This document shows positions 13,000 to 25,107 of a DNA stretch of 64,000 nucleotides, piece after piece. Numbering within the stretch: the first letter of the stretch is position 1; each line of letters begins with the position of its first letter. This DNA is from Eledone cirrhosa. Its lineage: Eukaryota. A program made the position numbers and the translations under genes. The stretch covers positions 177,816,001-177,880,000 of the forward strand of contig OZ024741.1 of assembly GCA_964016885.1 (NCBI GenBank), written 5' to 3'. The notes beneath the pieces were generated by a model. It saw only the letters and a program-made list of their open reading frames with translations. It was not told the origin of the DNA and did not search any database.

Positions 13000-15375
13000 A
13001 TGGAAAGATATGCTGATGAGAATAGGTGCAAAAATGCGATAATGAATGTGTCTAAAAGCGACCATAAATATGTATATATATGTGAAAATGTATATAAATA
13101 AGTAAATATATATATATGTTTGATGTGTATAGTTAGATGTAAGTGTATTCATGTATTAAAGTGCTTATATATATATATATAAATATATAGAAAGGATGAA
13201 TATAAAATGAAAGTGCTTTTGTTAAAAAAGGAATTTATTAGGTATTGACATATGTTTCTGTAACAGACCGAATACCTATGTATCGCTGCTTGCGTAATCA
13301 TATAATGTTAGCAAGTATTCGATAGCAAATGTATAATCAATTGTCACTTCTTCAGAGATTTTGGATAAACTGGATAAAATCAGAAAAATTGAAGTATTTA
13401 TATTAGTAAAAGAGGAAGGAACAGAGGGGATAGAATATGACAGATGGTAAAATAATTTACTGCTAAACAAGTATATAATGGGTTTTTAATGAGAATACCA
13501 TGAGTAAATCTAAATAAGAATTTTGGGAGTGCCAATTTTAATCTCTACTTGACCAACTGGACAGTGGACAGGGCTGGTCATTTGGTGCAGTAGTATTAAT
13601 TATAAAGTGTCAATTGGGGAAGGGGGAGATTTCGATTGCTACTAAATAACATCAATGCTAGTAGTCAGCTGGTATTTGCACTAGGGAATTGAATCAAGAA
13701 ATCAGAAATCTCATTTTATCTATAGCAGTTTGTATTAAAAGGTAAATAATAGAAGAGTTGATAGAATTAAGACTAATAAAGAATGTTCATACCTATTTTG
13801 ACAATCAAACGGGGATAGAGACAGGCGTTCAATCCTGGTAGTATTTATAATATGAAAATGTAGATTTTAAGCGATGGTTACAGTATAACGATCGCTCTAT
13901 TCTGTTATTTAATAAAATGTTTTTGGATTTCATAATACAAAATAATTCTACATTACATAATTTACAAAATTCCTGTCCATTGGAATATGGGGGGGGGGGG
14001 GCAGTCGCTATTATATCCCATTTTAGGTGAAATTGTTGGTTATTTTCACGCAGCTGCCAAGCCTTGTCTGCGAGTGTTGTTACATAACGCTGGTTTTCAT
14101 GTTTTATCGAATAACGATGTCTATAAAGGCGTGATTTGAAGGAGGTGGCTGTAGATCCCACATAGTACCACTTCTGTCTATCCGATTCGATAGTACATTT
14201 GTATACGATGTTGCGTTCAAGACACTGATTGTTCAACGGACACATTCCTGGTTGGACACAGTTGCAATTACAATTTTGCGTTGTTGTATTGCCATGGATG
14301 GGTTGATGAGGTTGCTTATGTAGGACAGGATGTTGTTTGTTGTTTTGTGATGTTATAGCTAATGTTTTACGTGTATTGTTATGTGTTGGAAGGCGTTTAT
14401 ACAACCGTTTTGCGTTAAGCATTTTTATATGTTGTTCAATATTAGGGGCGGTTGAATATGAAAGTCGAATGGTGTTAGGGTTTAAGATTTTATTATATTT
14501 ATGTGATGTTGGAAAGTGTTTTCTAACTAATCGAAAGAATTTGAGGGTAGATTGGTTTTAATAGATTTGTTATAGACCGGGTTGTACCAGATATACTCCT
14601 TACATCGCCTTCTGTTTGGTGGTGTGCGACTATTATTGTGTCTATTGCGGTAGTGTATGTATGGTGGTGATTCTGTGCTATTTCTACTCCTATGTGATTT
14701 ATTTTGGGTGTTTTGGTGATCATTGACTATATACTCTATATTATCTAGGTGACCGGCTTTCCTAAGTGCATCATCATAATACTCGGCATGTTCTTTGAAG
14801 GTTTGTTGGTTGGACGATAGGCGGGAGATTCTAAGAGAAACATTTCTAGGGATGGATTTAATTATAGAGAGTGGATGGTTAGAACTCGTATTTACATATT
14901 TAAGGTTCTCATTTAGTTTATGGAACGGTTTAATCGTATCTGTATTGAGATTGAAAGTAACATCAAGGAAATTGACCTCTTTAAGGTTATATTCAAATGT
15001 AATATTTAATCCTAGTTCTTTAAAAAGTTTTCTGATATTTTTACGCATCCTTTCTAAATTCTGGTTATTCATATGCTTAACTAATAGGAGCGCATCGTCA
15101 CGGTAAACTCCACCGTGGAGATCCTTGAATTTTCCATGTAATCTGTGGGTGATATAAATTCCCACAAGATCTGTTACTTCCGCCGAATCATTAGAACCCA
15201 TAGTGATATCAAAATTAGAAGGTCTATCTTTGCGAACCCAGTAGCTATCATCGAATTTAACTATAGTTTTTCTCGCTTCCATAATAATTTTAATTTCAGC
15301 ATCCGTAAGGTCGGAATTATCCTTAGCGAACGAAAGAGCTTCATGTAGAGTATCAGGTGAAATTGAGGAATATAA
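13000..15375 (-). mobile_element. Naiad-type Penelope-like element (RT + GIY-YIG), 5'-truncated, frameshifted
   Basis: RT motifs YSSISP, FDITMGSNDSAEVTDLVG, YRDD, VNFLDVTF (ORF 14527-15651); CNCxxxxxCPL, NIVY..YVG, CKLC (ORF 13829-14422); 3' UTR with HHR-like core at 13247-13355. Confidence 0.9.
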
Positions 15376-15924
15376 ATATATATGTATATGTATATATATG
15401 CACATAGACCTGAGTATGTATGTATATATGTGTGTGTCTATACGTGTGTATATAAAGATAAGTTGAGTATGAAAATGTACACACATGAACGCGTATGTAT
15501 GTACATGAATACATGTGTGTATATGTATATGTATGCATGTGTATATGTATGTAAGTATGAACATGTTACTATGTGAATGCGAGTATATGTATTTTGTAGA
15601 GGGGTGCAAATATGTTTGTGTGAGAATGCGTGGGTGAAAGGATACGTACACTGGAAAGAAAAAATTTAAGTCTGAATGTTAATTAAGTGCAAACACAAAA
15701 CCAACCACGCATATCTTTACTGTCTCTAATCCCTCTATAGATTTAGAAAAATAACCAATAATATATTCTATAAAAATGTCAAAACAACAGATGGGAATCT
15801 AATTACTCACTGCCACCAAAAATTCTCACTGCTATCAGAAAACCACTCCCTCAACTATTCTTCTAACAACTTCACACCTCTCTCCTAATATTCTCTATAA
15901 AAACCAAAAAGGTCCTCACTAATA

Positions 15925-16045
15925 TTATTCTGATGAAATGACAGTAAATAATAACATTGAAATATTGATTGTCTGCATAACTAATACTTTGTAGATAGCA
16001 GCTGTTTTCAGGTTATGTAACTGTTATAGAAACACGTGTCAATAA
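15925..16045 (+). ncRNA. Type I hammerhead ribozyme with 92-nt stem II region
   Basis: TTATT-CTGATGA-aATGACAGT...ACTGTTATa-GAAA-CACGTG-TC-AATAA; palindromic stem III, GUC site. Confidence 0.75.
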
Positions 16046-16076
16046 ATTCCTTTCAACTAAACTGTATCCATTCAAA

Positions 16077-16181
<105 letters not shown>

Positions 16182-16267
16182 TTATACATACATATATATA
16201 TATGTACACACACATACATATACATACACATATACACGCACATTCACATATACACACATATATTATA

Positions 16268-16548
16268 TACACGAGAATGCTGAGGATGGCTCTGAACATT
16301 AATCAATATGAACTGAGGATGAAAAACTCAGAGCTGTATCGGATCCTCCCAAAAGTCAGATCAAAAGTGACACAGAGGAGACCGAGGTTAGCTGGACATG
16401 CTCAGCGACATCCAGAATTGACATTGCACTCAGTGTTCCTATGGGAGCCCATACATGGACACACTGGACGACGAAGACCAAGTTTAACGTATGTTGATGC
16501 CCTAAAGACAGAAACTGGTCTGTTGGAGACGCAGGACATGGCAGCGAT
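16268..16548 (+). mobile_element. RTE-clade LINE 3' fragment (same family as 3498-3918)
   Basis: [24 protein letters not shown]...RLAGHAQRHPE...WEP; high nucleotide similarity to 3575-3850. Confidence 0.85.
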
Positions 16549-16577
16549 AAACCGAACAATTATAATAAATGTTCGGT

Positions 16578-17148
16578 AAAACGAATATTATAATAAATGT
16601 TCGGTAAACCGTTACGTGCATATATATATATGTGTGCATGTATGTATATATATACATACTACTGTACGTCTGTATACATATATGTATGTACGTATACATA
16701 CATACATACATTTAAGTAACTGCCGTACTAAGAGTGAGAAATGAAATTTCGTTTCATTCTATTCCATTTATCGTTTTCGGTGCGCCCGGCCGACTAAACT
16801 CACTCGATATGCAAATTAGGCTGCTCAGCCGTTAATATGCAAAAGGAAAGTATATACTTTCAGACGTTCAACCATCTGGCAGGAAGGTATACGATGCTGA
16901 CGATAGCTAATAAGCCTGAAACTACTACATCGTTCCTGTGTCAGTGTTGAACAAAAAGGTGACGTGGTTGCCTAAACACTGTACGGCGTAATTCGGGCTG
17001 TTTGTTTGTTTACACACAAACCGAACACTATAATAAATGTTCGGTAAACCGATACGTGCATATATATATGTGTGCATGTATGTATATATATATACATACT
17101 ACTGAACGTCTGTATACATATATGTATGTCCGTATACATACATACTTA
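16578..17148 (+). mobile_element. Retrozyme-like non-coding unit (~440 bp, ~1.3 tandem copies)
   Basis: ~130-bp direct repeats at 16578-16710 and 17018-17148 enclosing octamer motifs and a hammerhead. Confidence 0.55.
16880..16938 (+). ncRNA. Type I hammerhead ribozyme with extended stem I
   Basis: CAGGAA...ACGATG-CTGACGA-taGCTaataAGCct-GAAA-CTAC-TA-CATCGT-TCCTG; stem III has one mismatch. Confidence 0.7.
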
Positions 17149-17255
17149 TATATATATATATTTTGAGTTTATGTAGGTTGTATACCAACACCTCAGTATG
17201 CAGGCTGGAGCACTCGACGAAGTGCGCAGGTTAGTTTGGTTACTCCGGAGTAGTG

Positions 17256-17590
17256 TAAAATAAAGTTAAATAAAAGTCAAATGATCAAAATTTAGCTTCG
17301 TTTATTACTGCTATATATATTTCAGTGACAGCCATCTTTGGCCGTGACCTCTTCAGGCAGTTTGAATTAGTATACGACTCCAGTTCCCCAGTGAATTAAC
17401 AACCCAACAACGAACTGGGCATATCAGAGTATTGACAATATCATACACCTAAACAACATATGTACTTGTCTATACCATACTAATTCAAACTGCCTGAAGA
17501 GGTGACAGCCAAAGATGGCTGTCACTGAAATATATATAGCAGTAATAAACGAAGCTAAATTTTAATCATTTGACTTTTATTTAACTTTAT

Positions 17591-17595
<5 letters not shown>
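17256..17595. repeat. Inverted repeat (~118-bp arms) carrying a hammerhead on each strand
   Basis: 17256-17373 is the reverse complement of ~17478-17595. Confidence 0.9.
17489..17543 (+). ncRNA. Type I hammerhead ribozyme
   Basis: ACTGC-CTGAAGA-GGTGACAGCCA aaga TGGCTGTCACT-GAAA-TATATA-TA-GCAGT; 11-bp stem II; mirror copy 17307-17361 (-). Confidence 0.85.
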
Positions 17596-17647
<52 letters not shown>

Positions 17648-17699
17648 CCTGTGCTGATTGGTCTACAAACAGTCTAAAACAACGTTCTTCCGACTCACC

Positions 17700-19000
17700 C
17701 ACTGCCTAGGCAGCGGTAAAGTCACTTCTCGACTATTTGCATGAATCTTTCCTGCCCAACTTGTCCTTACACTAATAAGGTATCAAGCAAACCTTTTGGA
17801 GCTAGTGTTCAATAAACACACAAACACTATATACACTATTATGAAGGAAGAAAAACATTCTCTTAAAGCATGACATGGTTTTCTGAACCCATAATTCCAC
17901 TCGGTGAAACGTAAATTCAATAACCTCTTTGCAGCTCATCCATTTGTTTGAATAGATCTTCATAATGCAAACTGGGATGCAATCACTAACGATCTGTCAC
18001 ATGTTGATTGATCTTTCATACACGCACACATACATACCAATATCAAAAATCCTGGCAAATATGTGTAAATAATGTTGCAAATATGTGCAAAATATGCTCC
18101 AGAAAGGGTATTATGAGAATAATAAGAACAAAAGAAAAATCAACAAACTAAAATACTGCCAACAGCAACACACACATTCGACTGCTATTGCACTGCTCGA
18201 ATAAAAACAAATATAATCTCCAGCAATGCATGAAGACCATCATCAATGATCAAAGAAGAGCCGAGGAGGAATGGCCCATTGAAAAGATCAAACTCAATTA
18301 CAATGCGCTCTATTCATTTCCAAATAATCACAAGGTCACCCTCTCTACTGTGCCCCCCGATTGTTGAAAATGGCACTCTCCATGTCTATGCTAAGACCAT
18401 GAGTATAGTACTGCAGAAACGATAATGCTATGCTATCATAAATCCTCATATGGCTGATCTGGGCTGTATCAGTGATATCACTCTCCAGCACACAATATCT
18501 GACATAAAGTTTGGCAACCCAGATAAACTAGCAGCAATAAACAAAATTAGACGCAACTCAGCTGTAGGCCCTGATAGGTTCCCCGCTGGTATCCTGAAGG
18601 TCTGTCCACACCAATTTGCATCACAACTAACTCATCTGTGAATGAATTCATTGGAAACGTGGACTATATAACTGAAACCATTCTCTCCTGTGCCCGAGTT
18701 TGTAAAAAGTGAAACAGTCCATTTCAGTGAATTGCCGGCCGATCTTACATCTAATATCATTAAGTTATTTGAGAAGGTGGTGAGATCACGAATAACACAC
18801 TTTATTGAAAAAACAATGTTCCTAACTCCAACCAACATGAGTTCCGTGATGGAAGGTTGAACCTAACGCAGCACCTGCATCATTTTGATGAAATTTTAAG
18901 AAGTTTCGGAGAGGCCTCCAACACTAATGACATATAACGTTTGACAAGGTTGATCACAGCATCCCACTGAAAATCCTGTCCAACATTGCTGTCTCTCGTA
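17700..19000 (+). mobile_element. Decayed CR1/L2-group LINE ORF2 fragment
   Basis: AVGPDRFPAGILKVC..., LTSNIIKLFEKVVR, FDKVDH-like RT motifs broken by stops and frameshifts. Confidence 0.7.
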
Positions 19001-19339
19001 TGTTATTACTACTGTATATGAATTCACGATCAAGGCGACTAGGCCCGATACCTTTTCGACATCGCATCAGATATGCGAGCATATCTTATGAGATATCGAA
19101 AACGAGTCGGCCCCCATCACCTTGATTGTACCCCGAGATTATCGATGTCGAAACCATTGTAATGTGCATATACAATGTGTACACATACTGTACTGCACCA
19201 CTAACTTCGACTCTTGAGAAAAATCGAGTTGTACTTGCTGTACTGCAGCTACAGAGTTTGATTTACAAATATTATATATATATAAAGTAATAATAATAAA
19301 TGTGAAGATTAATCTGTTATTTTAATATATATATATATA

Positions 19340-20488
19340 ATCCAGGGCCTTCTCACTCCTGTAGTATGATTACCTTCCAATTGTTTTACCTCCACTGCTT
19401 TCTGTTTGGTTTTGCCAGGAGTGGGGGGTAGTTCTCTGTATGTTCATTCAATTATTGATCTTTGTAAAACATATTAAAAAATATCATAGTGAGAAAAAAA
19501 TACATACGCCTTCACTACCCGCCGTCTTCATAAATAATGAGTTTTGTTTATTGAAGAATACCAAAAAAACATACATATGAATAAGTAAGGTTTGAAATTG
19601 ACCAATGTTAAGAATGGAAAGGGGCAGTATAAACCCTTAAGGTTGGTGGTAGTAGATGAATAAATAGGCCATCAGTGGATAAGGTATCAAATGTATTTTA
19701 AGAAAAAAAATGAGAGTTGTTAGTGTAAATGAGTTTAGACATATTGTATATAAAAGTATTGAAGGTCAAAGAAGGTTACGGTTGGAGGAGAAGGGGTACT
19801 GAGATTAGTGTGTTACATCAAGTAGAATAGAATAGAATAGAATAATCTTAAAAAGTTAGCTATTTCTTTGTTGTGAGGAATAAGTTCTTCTAAAATTATA
19901 TAATATAAAAAAAATATATATACACATGTATAGTTACACATGTTTATATATAGGCATACATTTATGCATATGTATACATATATACACACACAGATATACA
20001 CATTCACACACACACCTATACTCACACATTTATTCACCTATATCTTTTTCTATGTGTTTAGTTGTATTTATAATATTTGAATGTCCTTCTAATTTTATGG
20101 TTACATACTAAAATTAATTCTTGTCTTTTATTTAATAAAGTGTCCTTCCCTGTGTTTAATTTCATTGTTTTAATATTTTTATTTTGACTCTGTATCCAAT
20201 TGAATTATATCGTTGATAAAAATGTTTGTATTTTAAAATTTGCTTCACGACATCTTCTACATACGGATTACATTGAGGTCTTTATACGGTTTAGACCCTA
20301 CCATTGAGTGGTAGATTTATCTGTATATATATATCTTGTCTCGCCCGCTTTACGCGATTTACTTGTCCCGATAGGTATATGATTTTTAAAGCGATCAAAT
20401 ACCAATGAAGGTTGGAAAATCGCTGACGAAAGACTATTTTTATCATATGTAACCCATGTGCAACCACGCAGTATTCTTTCTTCTCATG

Positions 20489-20534
<46 letters not shown>

Positions 20535-22570
20535 CAATCTTTTCAATTGCCCTGATAAGAAATGGCTCTTTTGAGAATCTTCTAAGTTAGGTTATAATAA
20601 ATGTTCTTCTTTTCACAATTATTAACTGCTTTCGCTAAAGAAGTGGTATTAGCTAATCTTGTGTTTCGAAAACTGTGGGTGTGTGCATACAATCTCGATT
20701 TAAACGGATTAGATGTGGATCCAATATAGGATTGATTAGCGTCCTTAGTGGTAATTATACATGTATACATTATATTATTAATTAAGCAATTTCCATTTAA
20801 GGCGCAATTACTTTTTACTCTACAATTACAACCGTTTGTACATAAGGTTTCACATGTGCTTGCTATATTCCCAATAATAGTGCTAGTATTTTAATATGGG
20901 AGAGATGCGTTTGCGGTTGGGTGGTCATGGCTCGAAGTGTTGTTAATTGGTGAAATTATAGGGGATATAGGGGATATAGTGTTTATAGAATCATGGTTGA
21001 TTTGGAAGTTATTGGTCAGCTTAGGTATGTAATTCTTAGTTCCTATTAAGGATGAGGAAGATGGTAGTTGGTTGTAGGCTGATGTATTGTGTTGGTGACG
21101 TGAGTGGGTGGATGTAACTGGTGGATAGGTAATCATATTCTGGTTATGCGTTGTAGTATTATTATAGTTAGTTTGTGTGTGGTGTGCTAGAGGTATACAT
21201 GGATTTTGTTTTTAGATTTATAGATGTCATATGCACTTATTTTTTGTGGTATATTCCTCGATGTGGAGTAAGAAAATGTTACTGTATATCTGTTTAAGAT
21301 TTGATGGTATTTGTGGTTAGGTGGGAAATGTTTATCGAGAATTGCAAAAAAATGTTTAGGGATTTGGCCCATAGTTTGCAAATTAAATTGAGCATTATAC
21401 CGTGTTACGTTTTATGGTTTCTAATTGGTTTCCTTTTGTTATATTAGGTATGTATAGAAGTTTGAGGGTAGATTTTGTTATTAGATGATACTATAATATT
21501 GTGTTTGTTATTAGGGTGTGAACAAATTGTTTACTAGATTTTTGAATTTTATTAGTTTTTGATTTATTGTTTTTTGTTTGCTTTATAGATGATATTGGGA
21601 GTTTTATTAATGCAGCCTTATTGATTGGACCCGGTATTTTGGTATTATTCTTGTTATTTATAGTAGTTCGGGTATGTTTCTCTGGTTTATTGGATTGTAA
21701 AGATGAGGTTTGGTTAGGTAGAAGGTTCAATGAAATAGGTAATATATCATTAGGTTTATTGTGAGAATTAAGATATAAGATGTTATTATTAACTGCTTTT
21801 TTAAGATTAGTGGAGTTAGGTGTTTTCGTATGGTTTGTAGTAATATTATAAGGTAGGTTATATAAGTATTCAGAAGCGTTAGGATTGATGATTTTTAGAA
21901 AGTTTGTGTCATTCGTGTTAATGCGGGTACTAGGAGTAATAGTAGGATCTAGGTTTTTCAGTGCTTTATTGCTGGCATTACCTTTTAGGTGTTTCTTATG
22001 GTGTTTGTTGTTTATGTTTGGTTGTATGTTGGAGGTATTTATGGTGTTAGGTATGTAAAATATGTTATCCTTGTAGCCACTTCTAGTTAAATCCTCATTA
22101 TAATAAGGAGCATTTTTATAGAATATTTCTTCAATAGATGATAATTTAGATAATCTGAGTGAGATATTGTACACTAGATGTTTTAGTATGGAACCAGGGT
22201 GGTTAGATTGGGAGTGTATATAATGCAGCATGTGGTTTGGTTTATGGTAGGGTTGGTAAATGCATGTTGAGAGATCTAAGGTGATGTCGAGGAAATTGAC
22301 CACTTTAGTGCTATTTTCAAAAGTAATAATAAGATTATAGTAATCTTTGAGGAATTTCCTAATTTGTTTTTTTTATTTCTCTCGATTGCTGAAAGTCTAA
22401 GATTGTTAGATAGAAGAAGACAGGTGGGGAAAAGAGGAATTTAAATTATATAGAAGAAAGAGGCCCACATGGTCCATAATTTCGGCGAAATCCATCGACC
22501 CCATAGTGATATCGTATAATTCAGTATATGTGTTTCTAGTCTAAGGAAAACTACCGCTGTGGAAAAACAC
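19340..22570 (-). mobile_element. Decayed Naiad-type PLE with long Asn/Thr/Lys-rich linkers
   Basis: DITMGS (~22500), VNFLDITL...PYHKPN...SNHP (21491-22303), KHFPPNHKY (21187-21381), CNC..CAL..CL and YIGST (20582-20830); 3' region interrupted by microsatellites. Confidence 0.8.
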
Positions 22571-22780
22571 TTCCCAAGTTGTCAATTGGTTCACCGACAT
22601 TAAAAAGAAGCCCTCGGCTTCATTTCTCGAATTCGACATCGATGCATTTTATTCATCAATATCCCCCATACTACTGAACAAAGCATTAATTCTCGCCAAA
22701 AATAGATCGAACATAACTATGGAGGACATTAACATCATCACACATGCCAGGCAAACACTACTGGACTTCCAAGACGAGTA
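22558..22780 (+). pseudogene. Inverted Naiad RT fragment
   Basis: WKNTSQVVNWF...FLEFDIDAFYSSISP.LLNKAL...IITHARQTLL read by hand on the plus strand. Confidence 0.8.
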
Positions 22781-23144
22781 TTATTTAGTTCCATCTATAT
22801 TCCTCTACTTGTTCTATTTTTAGAACAAATTATTCCTCTTGAACTAAGAAATAACAAATATTTACGATTGTCCTATACTATTCTACTAGATATAACACAC
22901 TGATATCTGCACCCCTTTTCCTCCTACTTTAATCCTCCGTCTTTAATTACAGTCGCAACTTTCTGTTCTTTTCTTTTCTTTTCTTAAAATTCATTCGATA
23001 CCCCATCCCCTGACTGCTAATTTATTCAACTACTACTACCAGATTAATGATCTATATTGCCCCTTCCTATTGTTACTATTGGTCATCTCAACCTTGTTCT
23101 TAAAAGGTTACTTATTCATACATGTTTTTTATTCTTCAATAAAC

Positions 23145-23293
23145 AAAACTCATTATTTTTGAAGACGGCGGATAGAGAAGACATATGTATATTTTCCTAC
23201 TTTGTTAATTTGTAATATATTTTACATAGATCACTAATAGAATGTACACACGGAGAACTACAACCCAGAAACAATCGTAAAATAATGAGTTTT
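23145..23293 (+). ncRNA. Hammerhead-like motif with 14-bp stem I and 102-nt stem II region
   Basis: AAAACTCATTATTT-TTGAAGA-...-GAAA-CAATCG-TA-AAATAATGAGTTTT; diverged inverted homolog at ~19420-19545. Confidence 0.6.
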
Positions 23294-23342
23294 ACTATGA
23301 AATACCCGTAGTTTGTTTAATTTTCACTATTTGTATTATGTA

Positions 23343-23405
<63 letters not shown>

Positions 23406-23409
<4 letters not shown>

Positions 23410-23535
23410 TTAATATAGATGAGATTCTACAGGACTAGAACTGTTTCATTCATTTGAAATCATCAGGAAGATTCCTGATGATTTCAAATGAATGAAACAG
23501 TTCTAGTCCTGTAGAATCTCATCTATATTAAAACT
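23406..23535. repeat. Perfect palindrome (64-bp arms, 2-nt spacer) containing a hammerhead
   Basis: Arms 23406-23469 and 23472-23535; plus-strand HHR AGATTC-CTGATGA-tTTCaaatGAAt-GAAA-CAG...CTG-TA-GAATCT at 23469-23519. Confidence 0.9.
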
Positions 23536-23708
23536 GTTATACTCTGCTATGTATTGAGTACCTTACTTACTGTGGTTACCTCCGATTCAACCCGGAATAA
23601 CGTATATATATATATATATATATATACCAGTCCACTATGATCCATTGGGTCACGTTCACTTAAAAATATGCACAGACATGTATATAATGTGAAATGAAAC
23701 TGGAAGGC

Positions 23709-23744
<36 letters not shown>

Positions 23745-23749
<5 letters not shown>

Positions 23750-25107
23750 TTAGAAACACACAGATACATGCGGACACACACACATATATACATGAATGCA
23801 TCCGCACCCAACTGTGAGTTAAGGGTGCCAACTTCACCGATGTTGCTCAATGAATGACTGGGACAGACTAATTCAGTTTGAACCAGACTGAACCAGTATC
23901 AGAGTTAGAAATACATTATGAAGAGAGAAGAAACATTTAGATATAATTAGTAATAAAATGTATCATACCTAAACTGTTCCTAAATTCCTCGACTACGTAG
24001 TTTCGTGGCATAAACAAAAACAATATATCAAAGATATAGAGTCCTTGCGAGGTCTGCCGACTTATCAGGAGGATACCTCATTTTACTAGTCTCAAGAACG
24101 CGTCTACACGACGTGAGAAAGAATCCCAAAAGGCGGAGGGGGAGACAGTCACGCGATATAACGGTCGAGAAACAGAGCTAAGCCTCTTCTACGGCCTCGA
24201 TATGAATACCCCCTCCGCCTCCGTGGTATTTTCTTCGTGGTTATAAGAGGCTTAGCTCTGTTTCTCGACCGTTATATCGCGTGACTGTCTCCCCCTCCGC
24301 CTTTTGGGATTCTTTCTCACGTCGTGTAGACGCGTTCTTGAGACTAGTAAAATGAGGTATCCTCTTGATAAGTCGGCAGACCTCGCAAGGACTCTATATC
24401 TTTGATATATTGTTTTTGTTTATGCCACGAAACTACGTAGTCGAGGAATTTAGGAACAGTTTAGGTATGATACATTTTATTACTAATTATATCTAAATGT
24501 TTCTTCTCTCTTCATAATGTATTTCTAACTCTGATACTGGTTCAGTCTGGTTCAAACTGAATTGGTCTGTCCCAGTCATTCATTGAGCAACATCGGTGAA
24601 GTTGGCACCCTTAACTCACAGTTGGGTGCGGATGCATTCATGTATATATGTGTGTGTCCGCATGTATCTGTGTGTTTCTAAATATATTAATAACTCCCTC
24701 TGGTCGAGCAATCTTTGAAGTGTGGGGACAACTGGAAAGCTTCCATTACTCATACTTCTCGCCTTCTTCACTACCTCTTCTACGGCCTCGATATGAATAC
24801 CCCCTCCGCCTCCGTGGTATTTTCTTCGTGGTTATAAGAGGCTTAGCTCTGTTTCTCGACCGTTATATCGCGTGACTGTCTCCCCCTCCGCCTTTTGGGA
24901 TTCTTTCTCACGTCGTGTAGACGCGTTCTTGAGACTAGTAAAATGAGGTATCCTCTTGATAAGTCGGCAGACCTCGCAAGGACTCTATATCTTTGATATA
25001 TTGTTTTTGTTTATGCCACGAAACTACGTAGTCGAGGAATTTAGGAACAGTTTAGGTATGATACATTTTATTACTAATTATATCTAAATGTTTCTTCTCT
25101 CTTCATA

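Noticed and set aside
13005-13060. Isolated CTGANGA motifs (13013, 11066 minus, 20423, 43971)
   Set aside because: No correctly placed GAAA, stem III and NUH partner
15933-15965. SECIS-like ATGA...AA...GA inside the HHR stem II insert
   Set aside because: Helix and spacing too short for a eukaryotic SECIS
16548-16610. CRISPR-like short direct repeats (ATAATAAATGTTCGGTAAA)
   Set aside because: Only a local tandem duplication without unique spacers; eukaryotic context, no cas genes
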